From: a bacterium
GTDB lineage: Bacteria; UBA8248
DNA length: 64,000 bases
Direction: 5' to 3'
Assembly: GCA_965221165.1 (NCBI GenBank)
Contig: CBDCRP010000003.1
Location: 1,024,001 to 1,088,000, forward strand
Shown: one piece after another, positions 29,158-38,851 of the stretch
How positions within the stretch are numbered: position 1 is the stretch's first letter
Layout: every line of letters begins with the position of its first letter
The notes under the pieces: generated by a model
Database searches by the model: none
Told to the model about the DNA's origin: nothing
What the model saw: the letters and a program-made list of their open reading frames with translations, nothing else
Made by a program: the position numbers and the translations under genes

Positions 29158-30048
29158 ATGCGCACGAAGGCGGACGATCTCCTCGAGGGCGCCATCGACG
29201 TTCACGCCCACATCTTCCCCCAGGTATTTTTAGAGGAACCCGGGCGCGTGCTGGATCATGAATGGGCCGAACTCGCGCGCGACGTCGGCATGCGCGGCTT
29301 CGTGATGAAGAGCCACCTGTGGCCCACCATCGCGCAGGCGAGGATCCTGAACGAGGTCTATCCGGGCGTCACCGCCTTCGGCGCCATCACCCTGAACGCC
29401 AACGTGGGCGGGCTCTCGCCCTTCGCGGCGGAAAGCGCGGCGCGCCTGGGCGTGAAGGTCATCTGGATGCCCACCTACTCCGCGGCGAACGACATCAAGG
29501 TGGGGGCCTACAGCAAGCGCATCGCGGAGGCCTATCGGCAGCCGCCGCCCGCGCAGGGCCTGAGCGTTCTGGACGCGAGCGGCGCGGTATGCCCGGAGGC
29601 GGACGCCATACTGGAAATCGCCCGCGACGCGGACGTGACCGTGGCCACCGGCCATTTGTCCGCGGATGAGGGCGTCGCCCTGGCGAGGCGGGCGAAAGAA
29701 ATCGGGGTAAAAAAATTCATCTTCACCCACCCGATCATCTTCATCGTGGACGCGAGCGAGGCGCAACTGCGCGAAGTCGCGGACCTGGGCTACATCGTCG
29801 AGTTCACGTGGATATCGGCTTTTCCGATGTGGCGCGATCTGGACCCCATGAAAGTGGCGGAAACCGCGCGCGCCCTCGGCCCCGAGCGATGCGTGATGAG
29901 CACGGACGCGCAACTCGACCTGAACCCCCCGCCGACGGAAATGCTGCGCATGTTCATCGCCACGATGCTGCGCCTCGGTTTCGAGGAAGAGGAGATACGC
30001 TGGATGGTCCAGCGAAACCCCGCCTGCCTGATGGGTCTCGAAGAATAA
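29158..30048 (+). CDS. Amidohydrolase-like TIM-barrel protein (DUF6282-like)
   Basis: AIDVHAH, KSH, WMPT, ATGH, THP, STD. Confidence 0.75.
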   Translation: MRTKADDLLEGAIDVHAHIFPQVFLEEPGRVLDHEWAELARDVGMRGFVMKSHLWPTIAQARILNEVYPGVTAFGAITLNANVGGLSPFAAESAARLGVKVIWMPTYSAANDIKVGAYSKRIAEAYRQPPPAQGLSVLDASGAVCPEADAILEIARDADVTVATGHLSADEGVALARRAKEIGVKKFIFTHPIIFIVDASEAQLREVADLGYIVEFTWISAFPMWRDLDPMKVAETARALGPERCVMSTDAQLDLNPPPTEMLRMFIATMLRLGFEEEEIRWMVQRNPACLMGLEE

Positions 30049-30228
30049 GAAAAGCGTTCGGACAACAAACCCCCTGCGGGCGCGCGGAGAAAAACGCCGC
30101 GCCCCGGCCAGACTCGTCTCCATTTTTTCCTTGACTAGTCAGGAAAATCTTTACAGAATCTTCATATTGTATCGCCGCCTTCGTTGATACCATATCAACG
30201 CGTTTTTTAGGCGGAGGAAAACAATACC

Positions 30229-30939
30229 ATGAATGAAAAAGGGTCCATCCTGATTGTGGAGGACGAGAAGAACATCGCATTGCTCATCGAAAAGTCTTTG
30301 AGCCGAGAAGGTTTCCACACCATCATCGCTCATGACGGGCTGCGGGCTCTCGAACTGGCGAGCGAGTTCGAACCGATTTTCGTCGTGCTCGATCTGATGC
30401 TCCCGAACATAGACGGCTGGGAGGTTTGCAAGCGGCTCAGACGCGAGTCCGATGTCCCCATCCTGATGCTCACGGCGAAGGAAGGAGAAGTGGACAGGCT
30501 CTTCGGCTTCTCGCTGGGCGCCGATGATTACGTCGTAAAACCCTTCAGCCCGAGGGAACTCATCGAGCGCGTCAAGGCCATCCTCAGGCGCATGAAACAC
30601 ACGCTCAGGTACAAGAAGACGGAACTCTCTTTCGGCAATCTGCTCATGGAGCCCGAAAAGCACAAACTCACCCGAAACGGCGAACCCATATCGCTCACCC
30701 CCTCGGAATACGTTCTGCTCCTAACGCTCATGAGCGCGCCCGGGCGTGTTTTCACTCGCCATGAACTGCTCACCAGGCTCTACCGAACGTCGGACGCCGT
30801 GGTCGATCGCGTGGTGGACGTCCACATCGGAAAACTTCGGCAAAAAATCGAGTACGACCCCACCAATCCCCACCTCATCCTCACGATGCGCGGCGTGGGA
30901 TATCGTTTTGCAGACAAGGAAACGCAAGGAGACAATTAG
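30229..30939 (+). CDS. OmpR/PhoB-family response regulator (BaeR-like)
   Basis: VEDE, LDLMLP, LTA, GADDYVVKPF, VDVHIGKLRQK, RGVGY. Confidence 0.95.
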   Translation: MNEKGSILIVEDEKNIALLIEKSLSREGFHTIIAHDGLRALELASEFEPIFVVLDLMLPNIDGWEVCKRLRRESDVPILMLTAKEGEVDRLFGFSLGADDYVVKPFSPRELIERVKAILRRMKHTLRYKKTELSFGNLLMEPEKHKLTRNGEPISLTPSEYVLLLTLMSAPGRVFTRHELLTRLYRTSDAVVDRVVDVHIGKLRQKIEYDPTNPHLILTMRGVGYRFADKETQGDN

Positions 30940-30940
30940 C

Positions 30941-32005
30941 ATGAAGAGTCGTTTGCTCTGGAAACTTCTGTCCATCAACCTGCCCGTCATCGGGCTGGTC
31001 ATTCTGATCGTCTGGTTGTCGATCGATTTCCTCGCCGCCGATTATTTCTCCGCCTTGATGCGCAAGTACAACATCTCGCCCACGGAAACACACCAGATGT
31101 TCCTGGACGCCGTGCATCGCTACATCATCAATGCGAGCCTGCTCTCCCTGACGCTGGCGGTTATCTTGAGCTTCTTTCTCACCAGAAGAGTGCTGCGCCC
31201 ACTCTACGCGATGGCGGAGGTATCCAGAAAAGTATCGCAAGGCGATTTCACCGCGCGCGCGGACATTGCATCGAATGACGAGGTAGGCAAGTTCGGGTTG
31301 ATGTTCAACCAGATGGCCGACAATCTGGAAAAAACCGAAAACCTCAGAAAAACCATGCTGGCGGATATCGCCCATGAGCTGAGAACCCCGCTCACCACGG
31401 TGCGCGGCTATCTCGAAGGTCTGGCCGACGGCATAATCCCGCCCGCCAAAGAAACGTTCGCCATGCTGAAGGAGGAAATTTTGCGGCTCGTGCGCCTGGC
31501 GCAGGATTTCCAGCAACTCACCCGGGCCGAAGCCGCCAAAGCCTATCTCCGGCGAGAGAAAATCCGGCTGCCGCACCTGGTGAAGCGCGTCATCGAGCTT
31601 CATCGGCATGATTTCGAGGCCAAAGGCATACGAGTGAGCGCGGATCTCGACAGCGGTGTGTCCACGGTGCTGGCGGATAGGGATCAGATTCTCCAGGCTC
31701 TGGGGAACCTCGTTCAGAACGCACGGCAATATACGCCCGAGCAAGGGGAGTTCCGCGTCCGGACGGAGGAGTGCGAGAACGGGGTGAAGCTATTATTTTC
31801 AAATACTTGCAAGAATTTCTCGAAAGAAGACGTCGGCCTCATCTTCGAGAGGTTCTACCGCGCGGAAAAATCGCGCTCTCGCGAAAGCGGGGGCGCGGGC
31901 ATCGGCCTGGCGATAGTGAAAGGTCTCATCGAGGCGCATCGAGGCGAAGTGGGCGCCTCATACGATGGAGACGTCATCAACATCTGGTTCAGCCTTCCCG
32001 CCTGA
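30941..32005 (+). CDS. HAMP sensor histidine kinase (BaeS-like) with a very short periplasmic loop
   Basis: Two TM helices, HAMP, AHELRTPL, FERFYR, GAGIGLAI. Confidence 0.95.
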   Translation: MKSRLLWKLLSINLPVIGLVILIVWLSIDFLAADYFSALMRKYNISPTETHQMFLDAVHRYIINASLLSLTLAVILSFFLTRRVLRPLYAMAEVSRKVSQGDFTARADIASNDEVGKFGLMFNQMADNLEKTENLRKTMLADIAHELRTPLTTVRGYLEGLADGIIPPAKETFAMLKEEILRLVRLAQDFQQLTRAEAAKAYLRREKIRLPHLVKRVIELHRHDFEAKGIRVSADLDSGVSTVLADRDQILQALGNLVQNARQYTPEQGEFRVRTEECENGVKLLFSNTCKNFSKEDVGLIFERFYRAEKSRSRESGGAGIGLAIVKGLIEAHRGEVGASYDGDVINIWFSLPA

Positions 32006-32023
32006 GGGTTTCCTGGCGATTGC

Positions 32024-32067
32024 TTTCACATTTTTTTCATCAATTCACCATATCTTTCTGGTATACT
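32024..32067 (+). promoter_or_regulatory. Putative OmpR-family direct repeats and extended -10 promoter of the NPC peptide gene
   Basis: TTTCACA/TTTCATC/CACCATA at an 11-bp period, then TGgTATACT (32059-32067). Similar pair CTTTACA-n4-CTTCATA at 30149-30166 upstream of the regulator. Confidence 0.55.
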
Positions 32068-32148
32068 TTTGAAAGCGGAACCGCATAATGAAATTGTACC
32101 AACGTGATACATCTCCTTGCAGTCCACCTTAAACGAAGGAGATTGACC

Positions 32149-32346
32149 ATGCAGAAGCGATTTCTCGTCCTGGCTCTCGCTCTGAGCTTCGCCATCGGCG
32201 GCTACGCTTCACTCGCAACAGCGGCGAACCCGTGCGCCAAGAAAAACCCCTGCGCGGCGAACCCTTGCGCCAAGAAGAACCCTTGCGCGAAGAATCCGTG
32301 CGCGAAGAACCCCTGCGCGAAGAAAAACCCTTGCGCCAAGAAGTAG
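32149..32346 (+). CDS. Small secreted NPC-repeat peptide (65 aa)
   Basis: AAGGAG RBS; signal peptide ending ATA|A; mature part is only 7 NPC repeats with A/K spacers. Confidence 0.85.
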   Translation: MQKRFLVLALALSFAIGGYASLATAANPCAKKNPCAANPCAKKNPCAKNPCAKNPCAKKNPCAKK

Positions 32347-32472
32347 TCCGGTTTTCGGGTATTCGGCTTTGTGTCTTGCATGCATGAAAAATGGCCGCCG
32401 CCACAGCTTCATGACCCTCCGGTGAATCAAAGGCCGGAGGGTCGAGAACACACCCGACAGAGGAACAACGCC

Positions 32473-32937
32473 ATGCGAAACCTCCACAAAGCGCTCGTGA
32501 TTCTCTTTGCGATATCCATGCTCCCCCTCGCATCGACTCCCGTGAGTGCCGCCGAGCCGACCGTCATCACCCTTACCCAGACGGGATGCCAGTTCACCGA
32601 ACCCGAAGGCAAGGACCATGGCTTCAAAACCAGGGGGTCGGCCGATTGCAATACCATCAACTCCCAAAGCGGAAAGAAACGCCTCGCCGAAGCCGAGACC
32701 ATCACGCTCAAACCCGGCAATTACGTTTTTCGGGTGACGAACAAGAACGTGCCTTACGAACTCGGGTTTTATCTGCGCGGCGCAGGCATCGGACGCCTCA
32801 CGCTGCCGAAGGTCTCGGGAGGCGGCCTCGTGATAGGGAAATCGACGGATTACGCCATCACCCTGAAAGAGGGCGACTATTATTATTCATGCCCCCTGAA
32901 CCCGACTCCCGATTACAGGCTGAAGGTGGTGAACTAA
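32473..32937 (+). CDS. Secreted cupredoxin-fold protein, atypical metal site
   Basis: Signal peptide VSA|A; ITLKPGNYVFRVTN and LKEGDYYYSCPLNPTP C-terminus. Confidence 0.75.
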   Translation: MRNLHKALVILFAISMLPLASTPVSAAEPTVITLTQTGCQFTEPEGKDHGFKTRGSADCNTINSQSGKKRLAEAETITLKPGNYVFRVTNKNVPYELGFYLRGAGIGRLTLPKVSGGGLVIGKSTDYAITLKEGDYYYSCPLNPTPDYRLKVVN

Positions 32938-32940
32938 ATT

Positions 32941-33231
32941 TCAGATCGGGCGCGAGACCAGGCCGCTCACATCTTCTCGCGCGTCTATCGCATTGACCTC
33001 ATGAACCAGCGCGCTTCTCCCGTTCGCAACCGGGCGGGAGAAGCGCGCGCATTTCAGAAACTTCTCCTCCAGTTCAGACGCACGCATCGGCCTCTCGAGC
33101 CCCCCGCGCACTTGCGCAACCGTCCGTGAAAGCGCCTCTCCACTTTTCGGATGAATCTCCACGCGTGCGGGAACCTCCTGTCGTATCGACGCATCAATCA
33201 CCAGTTCCATGCGCGGAACCACCGGGTTCAT
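32941..33231 (-). pseudogene. C-terminal remnant of an MmgE/PrpD family gene
   Basis: PARVEI...G...RGGLERPM...ELEEKF resembles the PrpD C-terminal domain; the N-terminal part is absent. Confidence 0.6.
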
Positions 33232-33405
33232 GCGCTATTCGCCCCTTCGATTCGATGTATGCGTTTTCGCGCATATCCAGAGGAAATGGAAAAACCCCGG
33301 ACCCGGTAGAGCCGCGCACCCGCCTTATTTTATAATAACTCCTCTGCGCGGAATATGGCCGTGAATCATATATCCATCCGCATGAAGCCGAATGGAGAGA
33401 TATCC

Positions 33406-34311
33406 GTGAACCTTCAAAATTCTCCCACCGTGTGCGTACTGGGATTCGGCATGGCGGGCAGGCCCATCGCCCGGGGGCTGGCCGAAGCCGGCGTGGCGCA
33501 AGTTCGCGTGTGGAAAAGACCGCCCTGGCGCTCGGAACATCTCGACGCCTCCGCTCATCCGGCCATGCGGATGACAAAATCCATGGAAGAGGCGGTGGGT
33601 GGCGCGGACCTCGTTCTCTCGCTCGTGACGACGGAAATCGCGCTGGAAACGGCGCGCAGCGCCTCCCCCTTTCTCGAGAATACCGTGTATGTGGATTTGA
33701 ACACCACGACTCCTGAGGTGAAAAGAGAGATTGGCCGCGCCATAGAGGCGGGCGGGGGCCGGCCGATTGACGCGGCGATATGCGACCCTGCGGAAGTGTA
33801 CGGGCATAAGGTCGTCACCTTGATCTCAGGACCCGGGGCCCGCTCCCTGAGCGAGGCCATGGCGCGCTACGGGATGCAGCTTCAGGTGCTCAGCGAGCGC
33901 GTGGGAGACGCCTCCGCCTTAAAAGTCGTGCGCAGCGTATTCACCAAAGGCCTGATGATGACTTTCCTGGAAGCCATCGAGGCGGCGAGACGCTGCGGGC
34001 TCGTGGATGAACTCCTGGAATCCATCGCCGGCACCGTGGAGGGACTCCCACTCAGGGATTTGGCCTTGAGTCTGGCGGGCACGAGTCTCATCGCCGCCGA
34101 CAGAAGGGCGCAGGAGATGGAAGGCGTCGTCTCGACCCTCGAATCGCTGGGGGTGGACGCACACATCAGCTCCGCCTCGCTCGAGAAGTTCCACTGGCTC
34201 AAGGGGTTCGATTTCCACGGCGAACTCGGGGGTGTGCCGCCCGAATCGGTCGAAACCATGCTCCGGGTGCTCAGGAAAATTTTCGACGCCTCCCCGAAGC
34301 CGACAGAGTAA
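33406..34311 (+). CDS. NAD(P)-dependent oxidoreductase (6PGD/HIBADH-like, DUF1932)
   Basis: LGFGMAG Rossmann motif, ASALKVVRSVFTKG, RRAQEM. Confidence 0.85.
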   Translation: MNLQNSPTVCVLGFGMAGRPIARGLAEAGVAQVRVWKRPPWRSEHLDASAHPAMRMTKSMEEAVGGADLVLSLVTTEIALETARSASPFLENTVYVDLNTTTPEVKREIGRAIEAGGGRPIDAAICDPAEVYGHKVVTLISGPGARSLSEAMARYGMQLQVLSERVGDASALKVVRSVFTKGLMMTFLEAIEAARRCGLVDELLESIAGTVEGLPLRDLALSLAGTSLIAADRRAQEMEGVVSTLESLGVDAHISSASLEKFHWLKGFDFHGELGGVPPESVETMLRVLRKIFDASPKPTE

Positions 34312-34513
34312 GACAAACCGTCGCCCGCAGAGCCGGATAATCTGAAATTTGTGCCTCTAATCCCTTGATTTTCCCGAGCGGCATCTGGTAGCATCCCCTT
34401 GCGCTTGGGATTGCCAGGTGAATTCGAGTTGAATTAAACGTGAATCGCCAGGGGGTCGTTCCCTCGGGGTTCAAACCGTAAAAATTTTTATTATCCGTAG
34501 GAGGGAATCATCC

Positions 34514-34825
34514 ATGACATTTGTCATCGGGGAGAAGTGCCTGGGCGAGCGCTATGCGACGTGTGTGAGCGTCTGTCCCGTCGATTGTATGCACCCGGGC
34601 GAGTACAAAGGGGAACCCTTCCTGATCATCGACCCCGAGGAATGCATCGACTGCGGGGTTTGCCAGCCGGAGTGTCCGATCGACGCCATCCTGGAAACCG
34701 AAGACGACGATCCCGTATGGGCGGAAATCAACGCGGAACTCACCGAGGAATTCAAGAACAACGAGCCGGTCGAACCGCGCCCCGCGAACGACCCGCCGCG
34801 AAGAGCGGACAACACGTTGCGCTAG
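34514..34825 (+). CDS. Dicluster (probably 7Fe-type) ferredoxin
   Basis: C...CVSVCPVDC and CIDCGVCQPECP. Confidence 0.93.
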   Translation: MTFVIGEKCLGERYATCVSVCPVDCMHPGEYKGEPFLIIDPEECIDCGVCQPECPIDAILETEDDDPVWAEINAELTEEFKNNEPVEPRPANDPPRRADNTLR

Positions 34826-34842
34826 CTCCACCCTGCCGATTC

Positions 34843-34877
34843 AAACACCGCGGTCGTGAGGCCGCGGTGTTTTTTTT
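34843..34877 (+). terminator. Rho-independent terminator after the ferredoxin gene
   Basis: ACACCGCGGTC-GTGA-GGCCGCGGTGT followed by a T run. Confidence 0.85.
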
Positions 34878-35108
34878 GCCTGCGCCCAAGCGCTTTTTCA
34901 TTCACCCCACGGCCCAGAAACGGGGAATGCGGAGGGAGCTATGATTTTGAACCGACCAGAAGAAGCAGGCCCGCACAGCGCGTGGTACAGCACGGCCGCC
35001 TTGGAAGACATGCGGCGAAAGGCGGCGACCGACGTACTGCGCGTGCTGCGGGGGGAAAAGCCGCGCTATCCCGTGAAATGATTCATTCCATACTGGCGAC
35101 CAAGCGTA

Positions 35109-35957
35109 TTACTTTTCAATCGGGAACCCGACGACGCTCCCCCACTCCGTCCATGAGCCGTCATAAATCTTGACGTCTTCATAGCCCAGAAGATACCGCA
35201 TGGCGAACCAGACCAGACTGGCCCGGTGGCTCAGGCGTCAGTAGAGGACGAGTTCGATCTCATCATCGGGCGCGGCGCCTGCGCCGCCGAGAATCCGCGC
35301 AAGTTCCTCCCTGCTCTTGTAGGTGTCGTCCGCATTCAGCAGTTCGCGGAAAAACAGGTGCACCGCTCCCGGTATGCGCCCCGCGCGCTCGGCCCCGTGG
35401 TCGAAACCCGGCGGAGGCATCACCCGCTCGCCCCTGTATTCCTCAGGCGAGCGCACGTCCAGCAGCACCCTGCCCGGCTCGCCCAGTTTCGCGCGGATAT
35501 CCTCCCTGCCCACGCTTAAAATCTCCGCCTCACCCGGCGCGGGATGGTCGACGGCCACGGCATCCGGAGCCTCGCTCGAAACAGGCATCCCGTCCGCAAT
35601 CCATCTCGTCTTCGCGCCGTCCAGCAGCTTCAGATTTGTGAAGCCCGCCATCTTCAAGACCCAATACGCATAGGTTCCGAACTGCACGGGCTCGCCGTAT
35701 ATGACGATTTCATCATCCGGCCCGATGCCCATCCCGCCCAACTGCTCCGCCAATGCCTCGGGCGCGGCGAACGCGCGGTCCGTCTCGTGCCAGAGCACCC
35801 CTTTCCAGAACCACCAGTGCGCTCCGGGAATGTGGGCTTCACGGTAGGAGGCGTCGTCACTGGCTGATGAAACCTCAATGACGTGTAAATTCGGGCTCCC
35901 CAGGTGCTCGGAGAGCCACGCGGTAGAAACGAGCGCGGAACCATCTGTCGGAGTCAT
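35109..35957 (-). CDS. Two-domain sulfurtransferase (rhodanese, SseA-like), probable selenoprotein with Sec at TGA 35240-35238
   Basis: Reading through TGA gives [47 protein letters not shown], restoring the active loop and the YDGSWxEW signature; SECIS-like hairpin follows. Confidence 0.85.
35205..35232 (-). promoter_or_regulatory. Putative bacterial SECIS element
   Basis: GAGCC-ACC-GGGCC-[AGUCU]-GGUCU-GGUUC; the loop begins 18 nt after UGA and contains G. Confidence 0.65.
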
Positions 35958-36010
35958 ATTTCAATGCCCTCTCAATAAGAAAATGAACATACGAATCGTG
36001 TCACGGAAAA

Positions 36011-37435
36011 TCACCCGCCGAACATGGGTGGCTTCTTTTGCTGGATGTCCGGCGTGGCCTCCTCGAACGCATGGGACGCCTGCAGCACGCGGGCCTCCTC
36101 CCAGGGCGGCCCCACGAACTGGGCCGAAACCGGCAGGCCGTCTGTGCTGTAGCCGGACGGCGCGGCCATGGCCGGGAAACCGAACAGATTGTACGGGCCG
36201 GTCTGGGGCCTGCCGAGACCCGAGAAGGGGACCTCCTTCCCGTTCACCGTGCCCATCGTCGTCGCAATCGGCGCCGCGGGACAAGGATAGCCCGGCGCCA
36301 GGAGGATATCGATTTCACCAAACACTTTCTCCATCTCCCGGGTGAGCGTGCGCCGTTCCCGGTAGGCCTGCACGTAATCATCGAGCGTCACGCGGTTCAC
36401 CGATTCCAGGCGCTCGCGGACGTCGTCGCCGAACATTTCTGGATGTTCGCTGAACCGCTCGCGGTGAACCACCGCCAACTCGGCGCCCGAGATCGCCCCG
36501 CGCACCTTGTTCATCCGCTCGGCGTGGGGATAGCGCACATGAACGATGACGCCGCCGAGCGCCTTCATCGTCTCAATCGCGCCCTCAAAGCCTTTCTGCA
36601 CCGACTCGTCGTTTTCTGCGAAGTGAAGATCCTCACAAATTCCGAAGCGCATCCCTTGGACGCCCTCACCTATCAGGGCGCAGAAATCGGGCGTCTCGCG
36701 GTCCTCGGAACCGGGATCCGCCGGGTCGTAGCCCGCCATCGCCTGGAGCATGAGGCCGCAATCGCGCGCGCATCTCGCGAGCGGCCCGGCGTGGTCGAGG
36801 CTCGGAGAGTTCGGGAAAATGCCGCGAAGGCTCACGCGCCCGTAGGTGGGCTTCAGGCCCATAGTGCCGCATGCGCTCGCAGGCCCCCGGATGGAGCCGC
36901 CCGTGTCGGTCCCCACGGCCCCGGGACACATGAACGCCGCCACGGCTGCGCCCGAACCGCCGCTCGAACCGCCCGCCACCCTCTCGGTGTCCCAGGGGTT
37001 CCGGCACGGGCCGTAATGGGGGTTCACGGTGGTGGAGCCCGCCGCGAATTCGTGCGTGTTGCATTTCCCGATGATGACGGCGCCCGCCGCTTTCAGCTTT
37101 CTTACGCACTCCGCATCCTCGGCCGGAACATTTTTTTGGAAAAAACTCGAACCCTGCGTCGTCAGGACGCCTGCGGTATCGACGATGTCCTTGACGCCCA
37201 CGGGTATCCCGTGGAGCGGACCTCGGTAGTTTCCGCCCTGAATCTCATCCTCCACCCTTTTCGCGTCTTCCGCCGCCTCATCCGCGCACACGGTGATGAA
37301 AGCGTTGAGCTGGGGATTAAACGCCTCGACCTGGCGCAAATGCGCGTCCACCACCTCGCGCGGCGAGATTTCCTTGCTCTCGATCTGCCGGGCGAGCTCA
37401 TGTATCGAGAGAAAATTCAGTCCATCGGCGCTCAT
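36011..37435 (-). CDS. Amidase signature family protein (GatA-like)
   Basis: GPLHGIPVGVKD, GGSSGGSGAA, GTDTGGSIRGPA. Confidence 0.93.
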   Translation of the reverse strand: MSADGLNFLSIHELARQIESKEISPREVVDAHLRQVEAFNPQLNAFITVCADEAAEDAKRVEDEIQGGNYRGPLHGIPVGVKDIVDTAGVLTTQGSSFFQKNVPAEDAECVRKLKAAGAVIIGKCNTHEFAAGSTTVNPHYGPCRNPWDTERVAGGSSGGSGAAVAAFMCPGAVGTDTGGSIRGPASACGTMGLKPTYGRVSLRGIFPNSPSLDHAGPLARCARDCGLMLQAMAGYDPADPGSEDRETPDFCALIGEGVQGMRFGICEDLHFAENDESVQKGFEGAIETMKALGGVIVHVRYPHAERMNKVRGAISGAELAVVHRERFSEHPEMFGDDVRERLESVNRVTLDDYVQAYRERRTLTREMEKVFGEIDILLAPGYPCPAAPIATTMGTVNGKEVPFSGLGRPQTGPYNLFGFPAMAAPSGYSTDGLPVSAQFVGPPWEEARVLQASHAFEEATPDIQQKKPPMFGG

Positions 37436-37596
37436 CTTGACCTCCATTCCACCTGTGTGAATTTTATTTCGCTTCTATCGGGTTGATTGAACATCACCTT
37501 AGCATGACGGGGCGAGCTTCGCCCTCACCGGAGGAGATATCTTACTCTTCCAAGTCCAACGTGCACTTCGGAATCACTCCTCCCTTGGGGGTCAAA

Positions 37597-37836
37597 CCCG
37601 ACCGGTGAGGGAGGGTTTGTCCCGACCGGTGAGGGAGGGTTTGTCCCGACCGGTGAGGGAGGGTTTGTCCCGACCGGTGAGGGAGGGTTTGTCCCGACCG
37701 CGAAGGGAGGGTTTGTCCCGACCGCGAAGGGAGGGTTTGTCCCGACCGCGAAGGGAGGGTTTGTCCCGACCGCGAAGGGAGGGTTTGTCCCGACCGGTGA
37801 GGGAGGGTTTGTCCCGACCGCGAAGGGAGGATGTGT
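37597..37836. repeat. 24-bp tandem repeat, 10 units, two variants
   Basis: CCCGACCGGTGAGGGAGGGTTTGT (A) and CCCGACCGCGAAGGGAGGGTTTGT (B) in order AAAABBBBAB; last unit degenerate. Confidence 0.95.
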
Positions 37837-38090
37837 TTCCGTGTAGGGGCCGCCCCTCCTCGGGACTGCCCCACCGTTCGCGAACCGCCCACGCATATAT
37901 GCGACCCTGGATTTTCCGCCTTCACGACGCGGGCCGGCCCCGAGGAGGGGTTCCGTCCCCTACGGAAAACCGCGAACCCCGTAGGGACAGGCCCCTGTGC
38001 CTGCCCGTCCCCGCCGTCCGGCAAGGGACAACTACAGGGGGCAGGTCGGACACACAGGTGGCAGACATATATGTCCGCCCCTACAAACCC
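37837..38090. repeat. GTAG-type REP cluster, homologous to 48200-48310
   Basis: Paired GTAGGGG.../...CCCCTAC palindromes; near-identical tract CCCACGCATATATGCGACCCTGGATTTTCCGCCTTCACGACGCGGGCCG at both loci. Confidence 0.8.
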
Positions 38091-38257
38091 GTAAACCCGA
38101 CCGAGAAGGGAGACGATGCCCGGCCGGCGGCGCCTGATCCGGGCGTTGACCGGTTTTTTACATTTGGCTAACATATTTCGCAGGTGGAAGGATGCGCCAA
38201 TCGATCCGCAGCGGCGTATGCCGCCGCTTGCGGGTTCCGAATTCGTGGAGAGAGGAC

Positions 38258-38851
38258 ATGTCGGATAGTATAAACGGCGCGGGCGGCCCCCTGATTTACG
38301 GCACCGAGGGCGACGACGAACTCGAAGGCGACGAGGGCGGAAACGCGCTTTCCGGCGCAGGAGGCAACGACACCCTGGATGGCCGCGGAGGGAAAGATAT
38401 CCTCCTGGGCGGTGCGGGCGACGATGTGCTCTATGGCGGCGAGGGCGCCGACGTGCTTGACGGCGGCGCGGGGGACGACGAGCTCTATGGCGGCGCGGGC
38501 GACGACTACCTTCTCGGCTCCGAGGGCGACGATGTGCTCTATGGCGGCGAGGGGGACGACGTCCTCTATGGCGAAGGAGGCGCGGATACCTTCGTCATCC
38601 AACCCGGCCATGGGAACGACACGGTCAAGGACTTCGCCGACGGGGAGGACGCGATCGATCTCAGCGGGTTCACCGTCATTTCCGGTTTTGGGGATCTGAG
38701 CATCACCGCCGACGGGGACGACGCCGTGATCGACTTGAGCGCGCACGGCGGAGGTTCGATTCGGCTCGAGAGTGTCGACGTCGCAGACCTCGACGCCGAG
38801 GATTTCACGTTTTACGAGCCCCCGACAGACGCTGAGGTCAACGCCATCTGA
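38258..38851 (+). CDS. Small RTX calcium-binding repeat protein
   Basis: Repeated GGxGxDxLx nonapeptides and a C-terminal GNDTVKDF...IDL...DF type I secretion-like tail. Confidence 0.9.
   Translation: MSDSINGAGGPLIYGTEGDDELEGDEGGNALSGAGGNDTLDGRGGKDILLGGAGDDVLYGGEGADVLDGGAGDDELYGGAGDDYLLGSEGDDVLYGGEGDDVLYGEGGADTFVIQPGHGNDTVKDFADGEDAIDLSGFTVISGFGDLSITADGDDAVIDLSAHGGGSIRLESVDVADLDAEDFTFYEPPTDAEVNAI

Noticed and set aside
37597-37836. CRISPR array
   Set aside because: Units are contiguous with only two alternating variants, no unique spacers, and no cas genes in the window.
37525-38174. Repetitive ORFs (VGTNPP, REGLSRP, RSGQTLP) over the tandem array
   Set aside because: A stop-free 24-bp repeat is open in several frames; flanks are REP DNA with no RBS or domain support.
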